A DNA stretch of 52,845 nt from Octopus sinensis (lineage: Eukaryota): contig NW_021835522.1 in the NCBI RefSeq assembly GCF_006345805.1, positions 1-52,845 on the forward strand. The letters run 5' to 3'. Every line of letters begins with the position of its first letter. Positions within the stretch are counted from its first letter, which is position 1. This document shows, piece after piece, positions 1-12,261 of this stretch. Under the pieces are notes generated by a model, which saw nothing but the letters and a program-made list of their open reading frames with translations, made no database searches and had not been told where the DNA came from. The position numbers and the translations under genes are program-made.

Positions 1-722
1 TATGGAAGTATGCTGTGTGTGAGAAGACCCGGCAAGACTAGTGAAGCCATAACACATGGCCCCTACCCTGGGCGTAGTCAGTCCACCTGTGCATACCTTC
101 CTTCTTGTGACACTTGTGAAGACCTGTTGAGGCAAGTGAAAATCAAATCAAATCAAACCAAATCAAACCAAATCAAAATAGATGAACATCAATGGAATTT
201 GTATCCTTGTGGTACCAGTGCCGGTGGCACATAAGAAAACCATCCGAACGTGACCGTAGCCAGTACCGCATCGACTGGCCTCTGTGCTGTGGGCACGTAA
301 CAAACACCATCCAAGCGTGGCCGTTCACCAGCCTCGTCTGGTACCTGTGTCGGTGGCACATAAGAAAACACCATCCGAGCGTGGCCGTGCCCAGCCTCGT
401 CTGGCACCTGTGTTGGTGGCACATAAAAAACACCATCCGAGTGTGGCCGTCTGCCAGCCTCGTCTGCACCTGTGTCGGTGGCATATAAAAAACACCATCC
501 GAGCGTGGCCGTCTGCCAGCCTCGTCTGGCACCTGTGTCGTGGCACATAAATCACCCACTACACTCTCGGAGTGGTTGGCGTTAGGAAGGGCATCCAGCT
601 GTAGAAACACTGCCAGATCTGACTGGCCTGGTGCAGCCTTCGGGCTTGCCAGACCCCAGTTGAACCGTCCAACCCATGCTAGCATGGAAAGCGGACGTTA
701 AACGATGATGATGATGATGATG
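1..722 (+). mobile_element. 3' end of an RTE-clade LINE (last ORF codons, 3' UTR with ~59-bp VNTR, (GAT)n tail); truncated by the window start
   Basis: Bases 1-48 match the reverse complement of 29190-29240, which encodes the RTE C-terminus ...DRDLWKYAVREKTRQD*. Ends in GGACGTTAAAC(GAT)n at ~690-722, as other copies do. Confidence 0.85.
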
Positions 723-1150
723 AACTAAGATTAATGAGGAAAAGACATGGATAAAACAGAACTCATGGGTTGCGGCTAATAAATTTTTTGATCTTGTAAA
801 TAATTAACCTGGTAGACATAGTTTGGGGAGGCCTGACAAGAAATGGGGTTGTTTCTAGAGATGTTGCTCATAGTAACTCTGGCATATATGCTAGTAGACC
901 TCCTTTGAGAACCCCTTACTTGTCAGCCTGTAGCAAACAGGGATGTATGAATTGAAAAGACTGTAAATCAAGACATGGCCGGTTCTGATGCTCAACACAC
1001 ATTGTGGACTGTTAAAGGCAGTGAAGGACCAAATGCTCCTGTTGAACCACCACCAGGTACTTCAGTGTTAAAAGATGGAATGAATTAAGTTACAGCCAGA
1101 GCCAGGTGCCCAGAACTGGTTAAACCCATACTAGATTTATTCATAATTAC

Positions 1151-1205
1151 CATTTCTATTAATGTGTTTTCATGTTGTTTCATGATACCTACTGCTTGAT
1201 CTGAT
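1151..1205 (-). CDS. Tentative next downstream exon of the TRPM-like gene (R/SDQAVGIMKQHENTLIEM)
   Basis: Pyrimidine-rich acceptor ...tttcgttttccatccaatttaaAG, donor GTaatt, 55 nt, open frame, and it accepts the phase-2 end of exon 1773-1861. No recognisable motif, so weak. Confidence 0.25.
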
Positions 1206-1772
1206 CTTTAAATTGGATGGAAAACGAAATAGACAAACCAAACATCTCTAGGCATGTCCTGATTGGACCCATTATCTTCCCCAACAAATATGGAGCCTGT
1301 GTCAAAATAACAAATCAATATTATGATTATTATCAGTGTCAAGTCATACTGCCAAAAGTTTGAGTCTTTAGTTAAAGAAATCTGATGAGTCATCAGTTTC
1401 AGTCAAAGCTTTAAATATCTACAATGCTATTAATATCAGCTCTAAAATCAAACTATCAACTATAGTAATAGAAGAGTTGCAAGCCAAAGAGGGAGCAGAT
1501 TACCTTGCCACTCAAAACTGCTAAAAATATAAGTTAAATCCATTTCAAATCATACCCTTTCAGCAAAAAGGAAGACTGACACAGTGGAATAATAAAGTCT
1601 TCTAATAAGTATGTAAATACAGGAAAATAAAGACTGGATTACATACGTTCATAGACCTGTTCTATCAGGGCTAATAGGGGATAAACAACAACATATTTAA
1701 TAACATCAACAGTAATGACAACAACAAAAGAAAAAAAAAAAAATTATTGTTCTATCGAAATGAAGAACAAAC

Positions 1773-1861
1773 CTGTCATTTTTGTCTTCATCTTCTTCAT
1801 TTGAATTTTTGAGTTTTGTTTGGTAAGCTTTTGCCATAATATCTGCTGCTCGACCAGAATC
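1773..1861 (-). CDS. Internal exon of TRPM-family channel (SLOG/MHR region): DSGRAADIMAKAYQTKLKNSNEEDEDKND
   Basis: Acceptor tttttcttttaattatcAG, donor GTttgt, 89 nt (phase 0 in, phase 2 out). Continues IPVVIVK from exon 10093-10202 to give the TRPM-type IPVVIVKxSGRAAD motif. Confidence 0.88.
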
Positions 1862-2010
1862 CTGATAATTAAAAGAAAAACTTTAATGAATTCCTTAAAG
1901 TTAAATTTTCAGATATAAAGTAATCTAAGAATGAACAAATATTTTTAAAAATCTTTTAAAATTCACACATACAATCAAATAAAGATGTTTTGTTGTTTGT
2001 AAAGGTACTA

Positions 2011-4650
2011 CATCATCATCATCGTCATCATCATTTAATGTCCGCTTTCCATGCTGGAATGGGGTGGACAGTTTAACTGAGGGCTGATGAGTCAGAAGGC
2101 TGCATTAAGCTCCAATCTGATCTGGCAAAGTTTCTACAGCTGGATGCCCTTCCTAATGCCAGCCACTCCAAGAATGTAGTGGGTGCTTTAATGTGCCACT
2201 GGCACGGGGGCCAGTCAGGTGGTACTGGCATCAACCGCACTCAAATAGCACTTTTTATGTGCTACCTGCACAGGAGCCAGTCAGGTGACTCTGCCAATGA
2301 CCACTCTGAAATCGTGCTTTTTACATGCCACCAGCACAGGAGCCAGTCAGGTGGCACTGGCAACGACCAAGCTTGAATGGTGCTTTTAACATTCCACTGG
2401 CACAGGTCCCAGTCAGGTGGTACTGTCATCAGCCATGACATCGATTTCACTTGCTTCAACAGGTCTTTGCAAGCAGAGATTATTGCCCAATGATTGAAGA
2501 GTACTCTTAAATGGGCTGGTTATGCAGCACTGGCATAGGCTACGGTTATAGTCTCATTTGGCTAGCCGGGTCTTCTCAAGCACAGCATATCTCCAAAGGT
2601 CTCAGTCACTTGTCATGCCTAGGAGAGGCCCAACGTTCAAAGGTCATGCTTCACCACCTCATTTCAGGGCTTCCTGGGTCTACCTCTTCCACAGGTTCCC
2701 TCAAATGTTAGGATGTGGCACTGCTCACACAGCTGTCCTCATCCATTCACAATACATGACCATACCAGTGCAGTCATCTCTCTTACACACCACATCTGAT
2801 GCTTCTTATGTCCAACTTTTCTCTCAGGGCACTTACACTCTGTTGTGTATGCATACTGACATTACACATCCAGCAGAGCATACTAGCTTCATTCCTTGTA
2901 AGCTTATGAATGTCCTCAGTAGTCACAACCCATCTTTCACAGCCATGTAGCATGCCCGTTGACACACATGTGTCATACAGTCTACCTTTTACTCTGAGTG
3001 AGAGGCCCTTTGCCACCAGCAAAGGTAAGAGCTCTCTGAACTTTGCCCAGGCTATTCTTATTCTAGAAGTTACACTTTCACTTGGTCACCTAGGTAATGA
3101 AAGCTATCAACTACTTGTAGTTTTTTGCCCCTGGAATTTGATGGAAGATGTTCTCTGCACATTTTCAGTGTTTATTGCTCCTGAGCATTTGCCACACATA
3201 TAAACTATCTTCGCAGTTAGCTTTCCTTTGATATTGCTGCACCTCTTATGTATCCATAGCTTATACTGGGTACATCTTATCGAGTTTCTACCTATGCCTT
3301 CTCTACAGATCGAGCAGAGCCATCTACCTGAAGGGATTTGTGGTTTGTCTGCCTTACTACTTATTAAGACTTTGGCTTTTGCTAGGTTGACTCTAAGGCC
3401 CTTCGATTGTAGTCCTTGCATCCACACCTGAAACTTCTCCTCTAGTTCTGATAATGACTCAGCAATTAGAGCAAGGTCATCAGCATAGAGGAGCTCCCAG
3501 GGGCATCCTGTCTTGAATTCCTCTGTTGTTGCTTGGAGGACTATGATGAATAAGAGGGGGCTGTGGACTGATCCTTGGTGGACCCTTACCCAGAATTCTT
3601 CACTGTACTCATTGCCAACCCTCATCTTACAGATAGCATCCCTGTACATGGCTTGTACAGCTCTCACTAACCATTCATCTGTACCTAGATTCCACATTGA
3701 CCACCATATAAGGGATAGGGGAACCCTGTCAAAGGCTTTCTCCATGCCAATGAAAGCCAGGTACAGAGGTTTACCTTTGGTTAAGTATTTCTCCTGCAGC
3801 TGTCTTGCTAGAAATATAGCATCGGCGGTGTTTTTCCCTGGCACAAACCCAAACTGCATCTCATCTAAACTAACTCTCTCCCTAATTAGTTGGCCTATGT
3901 CCCTCTTTGTGACTTTAATTACCTGATCCAACAACTTGATACCTCTGTAATTATTTGTAGCTAATGCATCACCTTTACCTTTGTAACAGTTGACTATGGT
4001 ACTGCTACACCAGTCATTGGGTATGACTCCTTCATGTATCACCAGATTGTCTATATGGGTGACTAGACTATAGCCGACATTACCAGATATTTTAAGCATC
4101 TCTGCAGTGATTCCTGATGGGCCAGGGGCTTTCCCTGTTTTCATACCCTTAATTACTTCATCTACCAAGGTACTGTCAATTCGGATAGCGGGTCCCTCTG
4201 ATGGGTTGACATTTGGCAGACTCTCTTTATTTCATTCATTCTCTTCATTTAGCAATCTTTCATAATGGCATCTCGAAGTCTCTCTTTTTGCAGCCTCATT
4301 AAATGCAAGTGAACCATCATCTATGCGGATACATTTCTCTCCTATGACATCATGATTCTCTCTCACACACTGTCTTGCAGCACAAACCACCTCAAGTCTT
4401 TGGTCCTCACAACACAGGACATTGCCAAATTTTTTCTTATCTGCTACCCTTCCAGCTAAATAAACCTATCTCCTAGCTGACAGTCTGATACAATTCCCTG
4501 CTACCACCAGTCCTTCCATGCCTGTTTCTTTTCTCTTATGGCCTTGTCAACTACGTTGTTCCACCACCATGTTACCTTGGGTTGAGAGGGAACTTTGCAC
4601 CATCCACAGATCTGGTCACAGATCTCACCAGGTTGTCCCAAGGAATTTTT
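2011..4650 (-). mobile_element. 5'-truncated RTE-clade LINE with reverse transcriptase, embedded PHD-like finger, 3' UTR and (GAT)n tail
   Basis: ORF 3107-4168 has KAPGPSG, NYRGIKLL, QFGFVPG, EKAFDRVP, HQGS..SPLLF, YADD. DQICGWCKVP..WWWN lies upstream near 4560-4620. Tail at 2011-2035. Confidence 0.92.
3107..4168 (-). pseudogene. RTE reverse transcriptase ORF fragment (353 aa, frameshifted at the 3' end)
   Basis: RT motifs including LLYADD. The reading continues in another frame (2783-3022: LYDTCV..MLHGCERW..RNEASMLCWMCNV). Confidence 0.9.
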
Positions 4651-4889
4651 GATGTGAGCTTAGCTTTAACACATCCAGGGAAGATATACAGTGGCATTAT
4701 CAGAACTATATTGTGGAGATAATAGTTAAGTGGATAGAGTGTTGTTCTTGTATGAGACTGAACCAAATTGTTCTGCTACTAATTCCTTAGAGCTGAGTTG
4801 TGACCATATAAAATAAAGATATTGACAAAGAAATACAACAATTGTCAATGGTGGGTTTGAACTCGTAACCCATGAATGTTATACACTTT

Positions 4890-5270
4890 ACCATCTCCTC
4901 TCTCACTCTGTTTACAGGCAGGTGTTATCATTGCACACATACACACATGCAGACCTTCTCGCACGCACATATCCACACTTACACAAACATACCTCCTCTT
5001 GCACTCTCCTGTCTTTGAAAGAACTTTTCTTCACCCATTTCCTTCCGGTCATTCAAAATTTGACCGCATGTGTACCATTGGCGATTTTTTTCCTCTGTCT
5101 TCCCTTCTCTGGATCTTTCCTTCTCCTATGTTTTCGACGAAGAGCTCCACTCGAAACGTTAAACCCTCCTTCTTCCCTTCCTTCCTGAGCGTCCAATAAT
5201 ACTATATTTGTTCCACATCCTCGCGTTGTTGTGTTTTCTCTTTGTGTTTTCATGTTTGGATTAACTTTAT
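4890..5270 (+). repeat. Penelope-like-element (PLE) terminal-repeat-like sequence with a degenerate minimal hammerhead motif
   Basis: 5130-5164 GTTT-TCGACGA-A-GAG-CTCCA-CTC-GAAAC-GTT-AAAC. The 3' half (GCTCGAAACGTTAAAGAC) recurs at ~21410. Confidence 0.35.
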
Positions 5271-6586
5271 ATATATATATACACACACACACACAAACAC
5301 ATGCATAGATACATAGACATATAAATATACACACACCCATATATATGTATAAATATACGTATATACAAATACACACACACACACACACACATATATATAC
5401 AACTATTTATCTATCCATGATTTTTTCTCTTTATTAATTTCAATAATGAGAGAAGATTCCCCAGTTACATCAAACGTCAATCCAAATAAGCTGTTGTAAA
5501 CTCCTCCTGTGTTGCTCTTACCTTCATTGCAATCTATAAAGTATCATGAGTTTGTGGTTGTTTTACTTGTTGCTATTGTGTTGTTAGTTATAGTATTATG
5601 TATGTGTGTATAGTGAGATGATGGATGTATATTTATATATATTCTATCTCTTACTATCTAGACTGCAATTGTGCAATCTGATGTGCAGAGCTTTGTAATA
5701 TGGTTGCAGTGTATCAGTTTGGATTGATTGCATTTCTTCCATCATTTCATTTCTGGGCACCAACAGATGTCGAATGAACCCCTTCTTGCAGTATGACAAT
5801 CACTGTGCTTCTGTACTTGTCTCTATCGATTTGTTTCTCAGCACAGAGTTTGAGGCTAAAGAGGCTAATGACGTGTTTGGTAGTTTTAGTTTCACTGAAC
5901 ATGTAACAGCAAGGATTGTGTGGTGTTTCATCTTGCTGTAACAAACTCTGCCTACACGCATTGAAGTGGATATTTCATTTTAAACATTTTAGCTTTATAG
6001 TATATGTTGTTGTTGTTGTTGTTTAGATCAACATCAGCCATGATCAAGCTGACTTGTGATTAGAGAGAATTAAAGCGATGTTCATTTTGCTTTAGCATAT
6101 TGACATCTACAATGTCTCATGTGTGCGTACATTTTTAAGAAAGTGTGTCCGTGCATTTTCAAGAAAGTCAGGTGCTGTTCAGAGAGATTTAGCTGCTATT
6201 TCTAGCAGTCTCATCTAATAACTAACTTGCTTATTCACATGGACTGTGGAAATGGTTGATACAAAATTCGAAAGAATATGAAGTGTACTATTTTATGATC
6301 TTTGTAGATTGTTGAAATTGATTGTTCAGAGATTAGGGGTCTAGACAGGACTGGTATGATGCAGGAGGGATCTTTGTTTTGGTCAAATATGGGGCCAGTC
6401 ACTATTTATAACTTTTTCCAATTTAACTCTCACCTTCTTTTAGGATATGTTGTGAATGTAGTGAAGGTATTTTTGGTAGTTTTTAGGAGGAAGGACAAGT
6501 TCTCTGTGTTATTATAAAAAGAGAATTCCCTGATTACCTCATGTCCTTCAACATATTGGAACGACAGTGTTTATGAGAACATTTTC

Positions 6587-8990
6587 CATCATCATTTAAC
6601 ATCCATTTTCCATGTGTGCATAAGTTGGATGGTTTGACAGGAACTGGCCAGCTTAAAAGCTGCCCAGGCTCCATGACTGGATGCCATTCCTAATGCCAAC
6701 CACTTTATAGAGTGAACTGGGTGCTTTTATGCAGCACCAAAACAGGTACATTTACCTGGAATTAGTACCCATTAACCTGCAGGATTGTGAATACTCAGCT
6801 GAAGAGTAATGCAGGGAACAAGTACGACCTCAGTTTTACTTAGCTTGTCAAATTTTCTCAAGCACACCAAAGTACCTGGAGTACCAATCCTCTGTCATCC
6901 CCACTGTGACTATCAACATCCATAGCTCCTTTCTCATGACTTTGCTGCACATCTTCATGGGCCTAGCCCTTCCATACGTTCCCTCCACAATTAGAGATCA
7001 GTACCTCGCCATGCAACTCTTCACTCATACACATTAAATGACTGTACCAGCACAGACTTATCTCTTGCATACTATGTTCCATGCATCATACACCCAGCTT
7101 TTCTCTCAAATCACTTACACTCTATTGCATATGCATATTAACATTACCCATCCAACCTCTTATCTATCCCTGTCTTCTGCCTTGCCCACCAGGTGTGGGG
7201 AACCTTGTCAAAGATCTTCTTTATGTCAGTAAAAACCAGATATTTTTGGCAAAGTACTTCTGCAATTGCACACCAGGAGGAAAGCATTGGTGGTGCTTCT
7301 ACCTAGTGCAAATCCAAACTGCATCTCATCTACACTAACTCTCTTCCTTATTAATTGACCTACTACTCTTTCTGCAACTTTCATCACCTGGCCCAACAAT
7401 TTGGTGCATCTGTAATTATTTTTGTCTAAATCATCACCTTTGCCTTTGTACCTGTTGACTATAACACTGCTACACCAACTATTGCATTTGGCTCCCTCTT
7501 GCTTGGTTTATCTATATAAGAGACAAGGACATATCCTACTCCACCAGATATGTGAAGCATCTTAGCAGTCATTCCTAATGAGCCAGAGGATTTCCCTGTC
7601 TTTGTAACTTTAATTGCTTTATCTACCAAATTACTGTCAATTCAGATAGCCTCTGTTAGATCAACATTAGGTGAACTTTTCTTCTTCCATGCATTCTCTA
7701 CATTTAGCAAACTTTCATAAAAGTGTTTCCAAGTTTCCTTCCTTGCAGAATCCCTAACTACATGTGAACCATCATCCATGTGAATACACTTCTCTCCTAC
7801 CACATCATAATGATCTCTGATACAGCCTTGTGTTCCAAAATATCTCAAGCCTCTGATCTTCATGATACAGAACATTTGCATACTTTCCCCTCTCTGCTTG
7901 TCCCCAGTCTAAATATACCTTTGTTTTAGCCTTTTTCCATGCTACCTGATATGATTCTCTGGTACTGTAATTCTTTCAGTCATTCCAGGCTTGTTTCTTC
8001 ACTCTCATGTCCTTATCTACAACATCATTCCAGCACCACATCATCCTAGGTCTGATTGGAACTTTACACCAGCCACAGATTTGAGTTGTGGTACTCAGTA
8101 AGCTGTCCTGCAGTAACTCCAACTCACCCACATTGTTACAACTTTGTAATTTCTCCTCCATCTCCTTAAATTTCTCAATTTGGGTGTCTCTAAAAGCTTC
8201 CAAATCCTTCTTTTCTAGATTGGTCTGCTTCCTGAAATCTCTCTAGCCTGAAGTATAAAATCACTAAAGACTAATCTATGCTGAGGTGGTCACATTCTTC
8301 ACCAGGTAAGGCCATTGCATTTATGAGCAACCATATATCTTGCTTACAATTGAGAATGTAATAAATCTGGCTAGCATGAGCAACTAGTTGATGAGTTATC
8401 AGGTGTTTGGCTGGCTTTCTGAAGTCGGTGTTGCAGATCATTAGGTTATTCACATTGTAGAACTCCAGTAGCCTTGTTCCCTCCTTGTTTTGAGAACCAA
8501 TTCCATGGCCCTCATGTATACCATGGAAGATACCTGGGTGTTGCCCAACATGTCCATTGAAAGCATCAGCCAACAAAGATGAGGTTATTGTCATTTGTCT
8601 TTGAGGTAGCTAGCAGAAGAATATCATAAAACGGTCCTTTTGTTCATTGGTAGACCTGCCTGGGGAACATAGTTAGAGATATTGCTCTACTTCTCTGCAA
8701 AACTAGTCTAAGCTTAAATTCTCTATTGCAAATTGTGACTGCCTCAATCACCTTACCATCCCATTTGTCTGTTAGAAGTAATCCCATGCTACCTACCTCA
8801 TCCCTGTTACTTTTCCAGATGATTTTAAATCTGTTTCTTACCCATGAGGAATTTGTCTGAAGCACCCCTCCACAATCTCGCCAGACCTACATAAGGTGTG
8901 GAAAGGGACATGACATGGAACTTGGAAAGGAGAGATGACATTCAACATTTGAAAAGAAGGTTTCATTGAGCATTTACCAGCAGACACGTA
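6587..8990 (-). mobile_element. Older, decayed RTE LINE with endonuclease remnants and an internal deletion of the RT core
   Basis: APE-like fragment (DAFNGHVG..HGIG..NKEGTRLLEF..NLMICNT.FRKP..HLITH at 8271-8594), QICGWCKVP..WCWND (7976-8203), KIFDKVP near 7200. Jumps to WMGNV..SVSDLREKL near 7155. (GAT)n-type tail at 6587. Confidence 0.85.
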
Positions 8991-10092
8991 TCAGTTCCAC
9001 TCGCATTAATATATTATCATTCATTCGTGTTCAAATGACTGTCTCTACTGGAAGTAAGTGTAGTACAAGCATTGTCATTATAAGCACCATTAATACAAAC
9101 ATAAATGGGTAAATAATGAAAATTAAGAAAACAGCTAATTGGTTAATTCATTACAAGTAGAAAGAAAAGAAAAAGGTAGTTTCTTAATTGACTAAAAAGT
9201 AACAAGGTCTCATTTCAGTACATGCATAAATGTAGATGAGACAACTGGTGGAGGCAGAGGCATGAGGTGTTTCTGTTACAAAGGAGAGATTTCTGTAATA
9301 TGTTGTGGTGGAGGCAGAAATAGTTTGGCACATCGTGTATAAGGAAGGCCAGAAAGACTGCACTTTTCTGAGCCATAAGGAGACAAAGGAAGAACAGAGA
9401 AATCAGAGAAGAAAGATTGTAAATAGTGGTAGGCCTACAATTATGTTAATTCGAGACTAGGAAGAGTTACAGGTAGTACACAGAAGATGAATTAGGTGGT
9501 GCAAAAAATTAAAGTGATGGGTCAAAGGCCAAGGAGCACATCTAATGAACAACAAAATTATGAGAAATGAAATCCAATTACAGGTGGGTTAGTGTTTTGT
9601 AAGGTAGAAATGCAAAGAGATGAATGATGTATAACTAAGGTGAAGAAGAAGCAACACTTTGCTGGTCATTTCATTACACATGGAAATTAGCGAGTGGTGT
9701 AATTTCAAGGACCATTAATGTACGAGGGGGTTCATATAAAGTAGCAACAAGAAGGAAAACAGAAGAGGTTGACCACTGGCAATGGCAAATAAATTACTAT
9801 TTTTGGTTGAAAGACAGATTTTTAAAAGAATATTTGTTATAAAATACTCTGAATTAAGTACATATAAAGTCATTCATCCAATAGAGACAGTCATAAGATT
9901 TAAGCAGTTGACCAGAAAACCAAAAACCGGAAAATCATTAAATAAAATATTTATGGAAAATTCTGCACCAACAAAATACTCATATAATCCTTCCTTTTAC
10001 TTTTCTTAACCACAAGCTTCTTCAGATATGCAAACATTATGAACTGAATAAACTCTCAGTAACCTTATTTACATAATAGTCTATTTACTGAC

Positions 10093-10202
10093 CTTTACTA
10101 TTACAACTGGGATGTTGCGTGATATTGAATCATACACTGACTTCAGAGTTTCCAGTTCACCTCCAACCAATACTACAACAGCTGGAATCTTGACTTCTCT
10201 CT
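10093..10202 (-). CDS. Internal exon of TRPM-family channel: (E)REVKIPAVVVLVGGELETLKSVYDSISRNIPVVIVK
   Basis: Acceptor ttttctgctgtaatttTAG, donor GTcagt, 110 nt (phase 1 in, phase 0 out). Matches the TRPM SLOG pattern IP-V-VV-GG...IPVVIV. Confidence 0.9.
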
Positions 10203-10605
10203 CTAAAATTACAGCAGAAAATATGAATTGATTAAGAAAAAATATATATATAATTAAATTATGAAATATGCCTGATTAAGGTAAAACATATCTAGTTAGT
10301 TATAAAACATATACATGATTAAATTTTTAAATATACCTGGTTAAAGTAGAAGGTATAACCAGATCATGGTGTAATGCATACCTGGTTAAAGTACAAAACA
10401 TACCTGATTGAGGTAAAAATATATAAATGATTAAAGTAAAATGTATATCTTTTTAATTATATCTTAATAATAAAATATAACTGATTCTAAAATACATCTC
10501 ACATTAAGTATAACCTCATTTAGGTCTAAAATGTATAAAGTATGACTTGACTAGAATATAAAGTTTAGCATAAGTTCAGGTTTTAGAAAACATAAATCAA
10601 TACCA

Positions 10606-10621
10606 TGATGATGAAGAGGAA

Positions 10622-10672
<51 letters not shown>

Positions 10673-10687
10673 CACATCATCATCATC
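10606..10687. repeat. (GAT)n followed by (CAT)n trinucleotide microsatellite
   Basis: Direct reading of the sequence. Confidence 0.95.
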
Positions 10688-11010
10688 AAAGAATAAGTTG
10701 CTCGATTAAAGGCAGTGCTCAAGCATGGCCGCAGTCAAATGACTGAAACAAGTAAAAGAGTAAAAGAGTATATATATTATATATAATATATATATATATA
10801 TATACGTGCGGGTGGCACGTACAAAGCACCCACTACACTCACGGAGTGGTTGGCGTTAGGAAGGGCATCCAGCCGTAGAAACACTGCCAGATTTTGACTG
10901 GGCCTGATGAAGCCTTCTGGCTTCACAGACCCCAGTAGAACCGTCCAACCCATGCTAGCATGGAAAACGGACGCTAAACGATGATGATATATATATATAC
11001 ATACACACAC

Positions 11011-11047
<37 letters not shown>

Positions 11048-11198
11048 ATATTAATTAGAGACAAAACCACTATTATGCAAATCAAACAAAGAAAGACTTA
11101 ATCCAATACATAAAATTTTTTATATAAATTAAATATAATTAAATATAATTAATTATTCTTAATTATATTTAATTATATTTAATTATATAAAATTTTTA
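10688..11198 (+). repeat. Left arm of ~510-bp inverted duplication (SINE tail + RTE tail + TA repeat + AT-rich palindrome part)
   Basis: Near-identical reverse complement of ~12778-13302. ORFs 10777-11085(-) and 12895-13284(+) give essentially the same peptide. Confidence 0.9.
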
Positions 11199-11990
11199 CA
11201 TCATCATCATCATCATCATCATATCGTCGTCTATACCAACATTATTTATGTCCTTCTTCCATTGTGGTACGGGTGGATGGTTTGAGAAGAACTGGTAAGC
11301 CAGAAGACCATACCAGACTCTACCATTTGCTTTGGCATGGTTTCTACAGCCAGATGTTCTTCTTAACACCAACCACTTTACAGAGTTTACTGGGTGCTTT
11401 TTATGTGGCACCAACACTAGAGAGGTGACCAAGTAACTTGCAAAACAAGAAACTGCAACTGAGTGGGGGGAGTAGTAGTGAGGGAGGTAACTTTGTGCCA
11501 GCTGATGAGAAGTTAGAGTATGAATAAGGGGACAGAAACAGATATGTTGCAGTAGAAGCGATACATGGCTGCTCCAGGTGGAACCAGAGGGAGAGAGAAG
11601 AGGGCGAAGAAGATGTATTGGGGCATTCCATCAAATTACAGGGAGGTGTATATATAGTAATCGGTACAGAGGATTGGATAGGGTGAGTGGGTAGGTAAGT
11701 TTATGAAAGGTGAGTAGGAGATGGAGGGGAGAAAAATGCAGTAAATAGGGATAGGAAGATATGTTTTGGGGGAGAGATTCAGAGACATGGATTGTGTGCA
11801 GGGGTATAGAAATAAACAACATGCCTTTAGGACATCGATTTTACATAGATAGACAGATCTCCTGAAGCCCAAATGATCAATTATCCCAGTTCTTTGTCAT
11901 ATCCTCTGTGAAACTCACAATCTGAAGGTCATTTTACATACTTTTTCCCACATATTTATAGATCTTCTTCCTCCTCAAGTTCCATCCATC
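11199..11990 (-). mobile_element. 3' fragment of a diverged RTE subfamily (different 3' UTR)
   Basis: (CAT)n tail at 11199, RTE-type tail segment to ~11420, and a decayed C-terminal ORF ([17 protein letters not shown]) at ~11850-11960. Confidence 0.6.
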
Positions 11991-11994
11991 TTTA

Positions 11995-12091
11995 TATATG
12001 TATATATATATATATGTGTGTGTATGTGTATATATATATATATATGTGTGTGTATGTATATATATTATATATATATATATATATGTGTATG

Positions 12092-12122
<31 letters not shown>

Positions 12123-12138
12123 ATATATATATATAATA

Positions 12139-12173
<35 letters not shown>

Positions 12174-12202
12174 GTGTATGTATATATATATATATGTGTG
12201 TG

Positions 12203-12249
<47 letters not shown>

Positions 12250-12260
12250 ATGTATATATA
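11995..12260. repeat. (TA)n/(TG)n compound microsatellite
   Basis: Direct reading. Confidence 0.95.
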
Positions 12261-12261
12261 T

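Noticed and set aside
225-552. Regularly spaced palindromic repeats resembling a CRISPR array (also 25990-26330 and 28750-29010)
   Set aside because: The units are contiguous with no unique spacers, there are no cas genes, the context is eukaryotic, and they are part of a LINE 3' UTR.
173-685. Cys/His-rich ORFs such as [11 protein letters not shown]...CHRHRCQTRL (also 25853-26386 and 28611-29061)
   Set aside because: Antisense or off-frame readings of the RTE 3' UTR VNTR, repeated wherever the element occurs.
1507-1520. Micro-exon candidate CAG|TTTTGAGTGGCAAG|GTAATC on the minus strand
   Set aside because: Lies in sequence that looks like a dispersed repeat, and nothing links it to the channel sequence.
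5747-5944. Short ORFs in unique-looking sequence as a possible extra TRPM exon
   Set aside because: No TRPM motif, and exons 10093-10202 and 1773-1861 already join in phase into a continuous motif.
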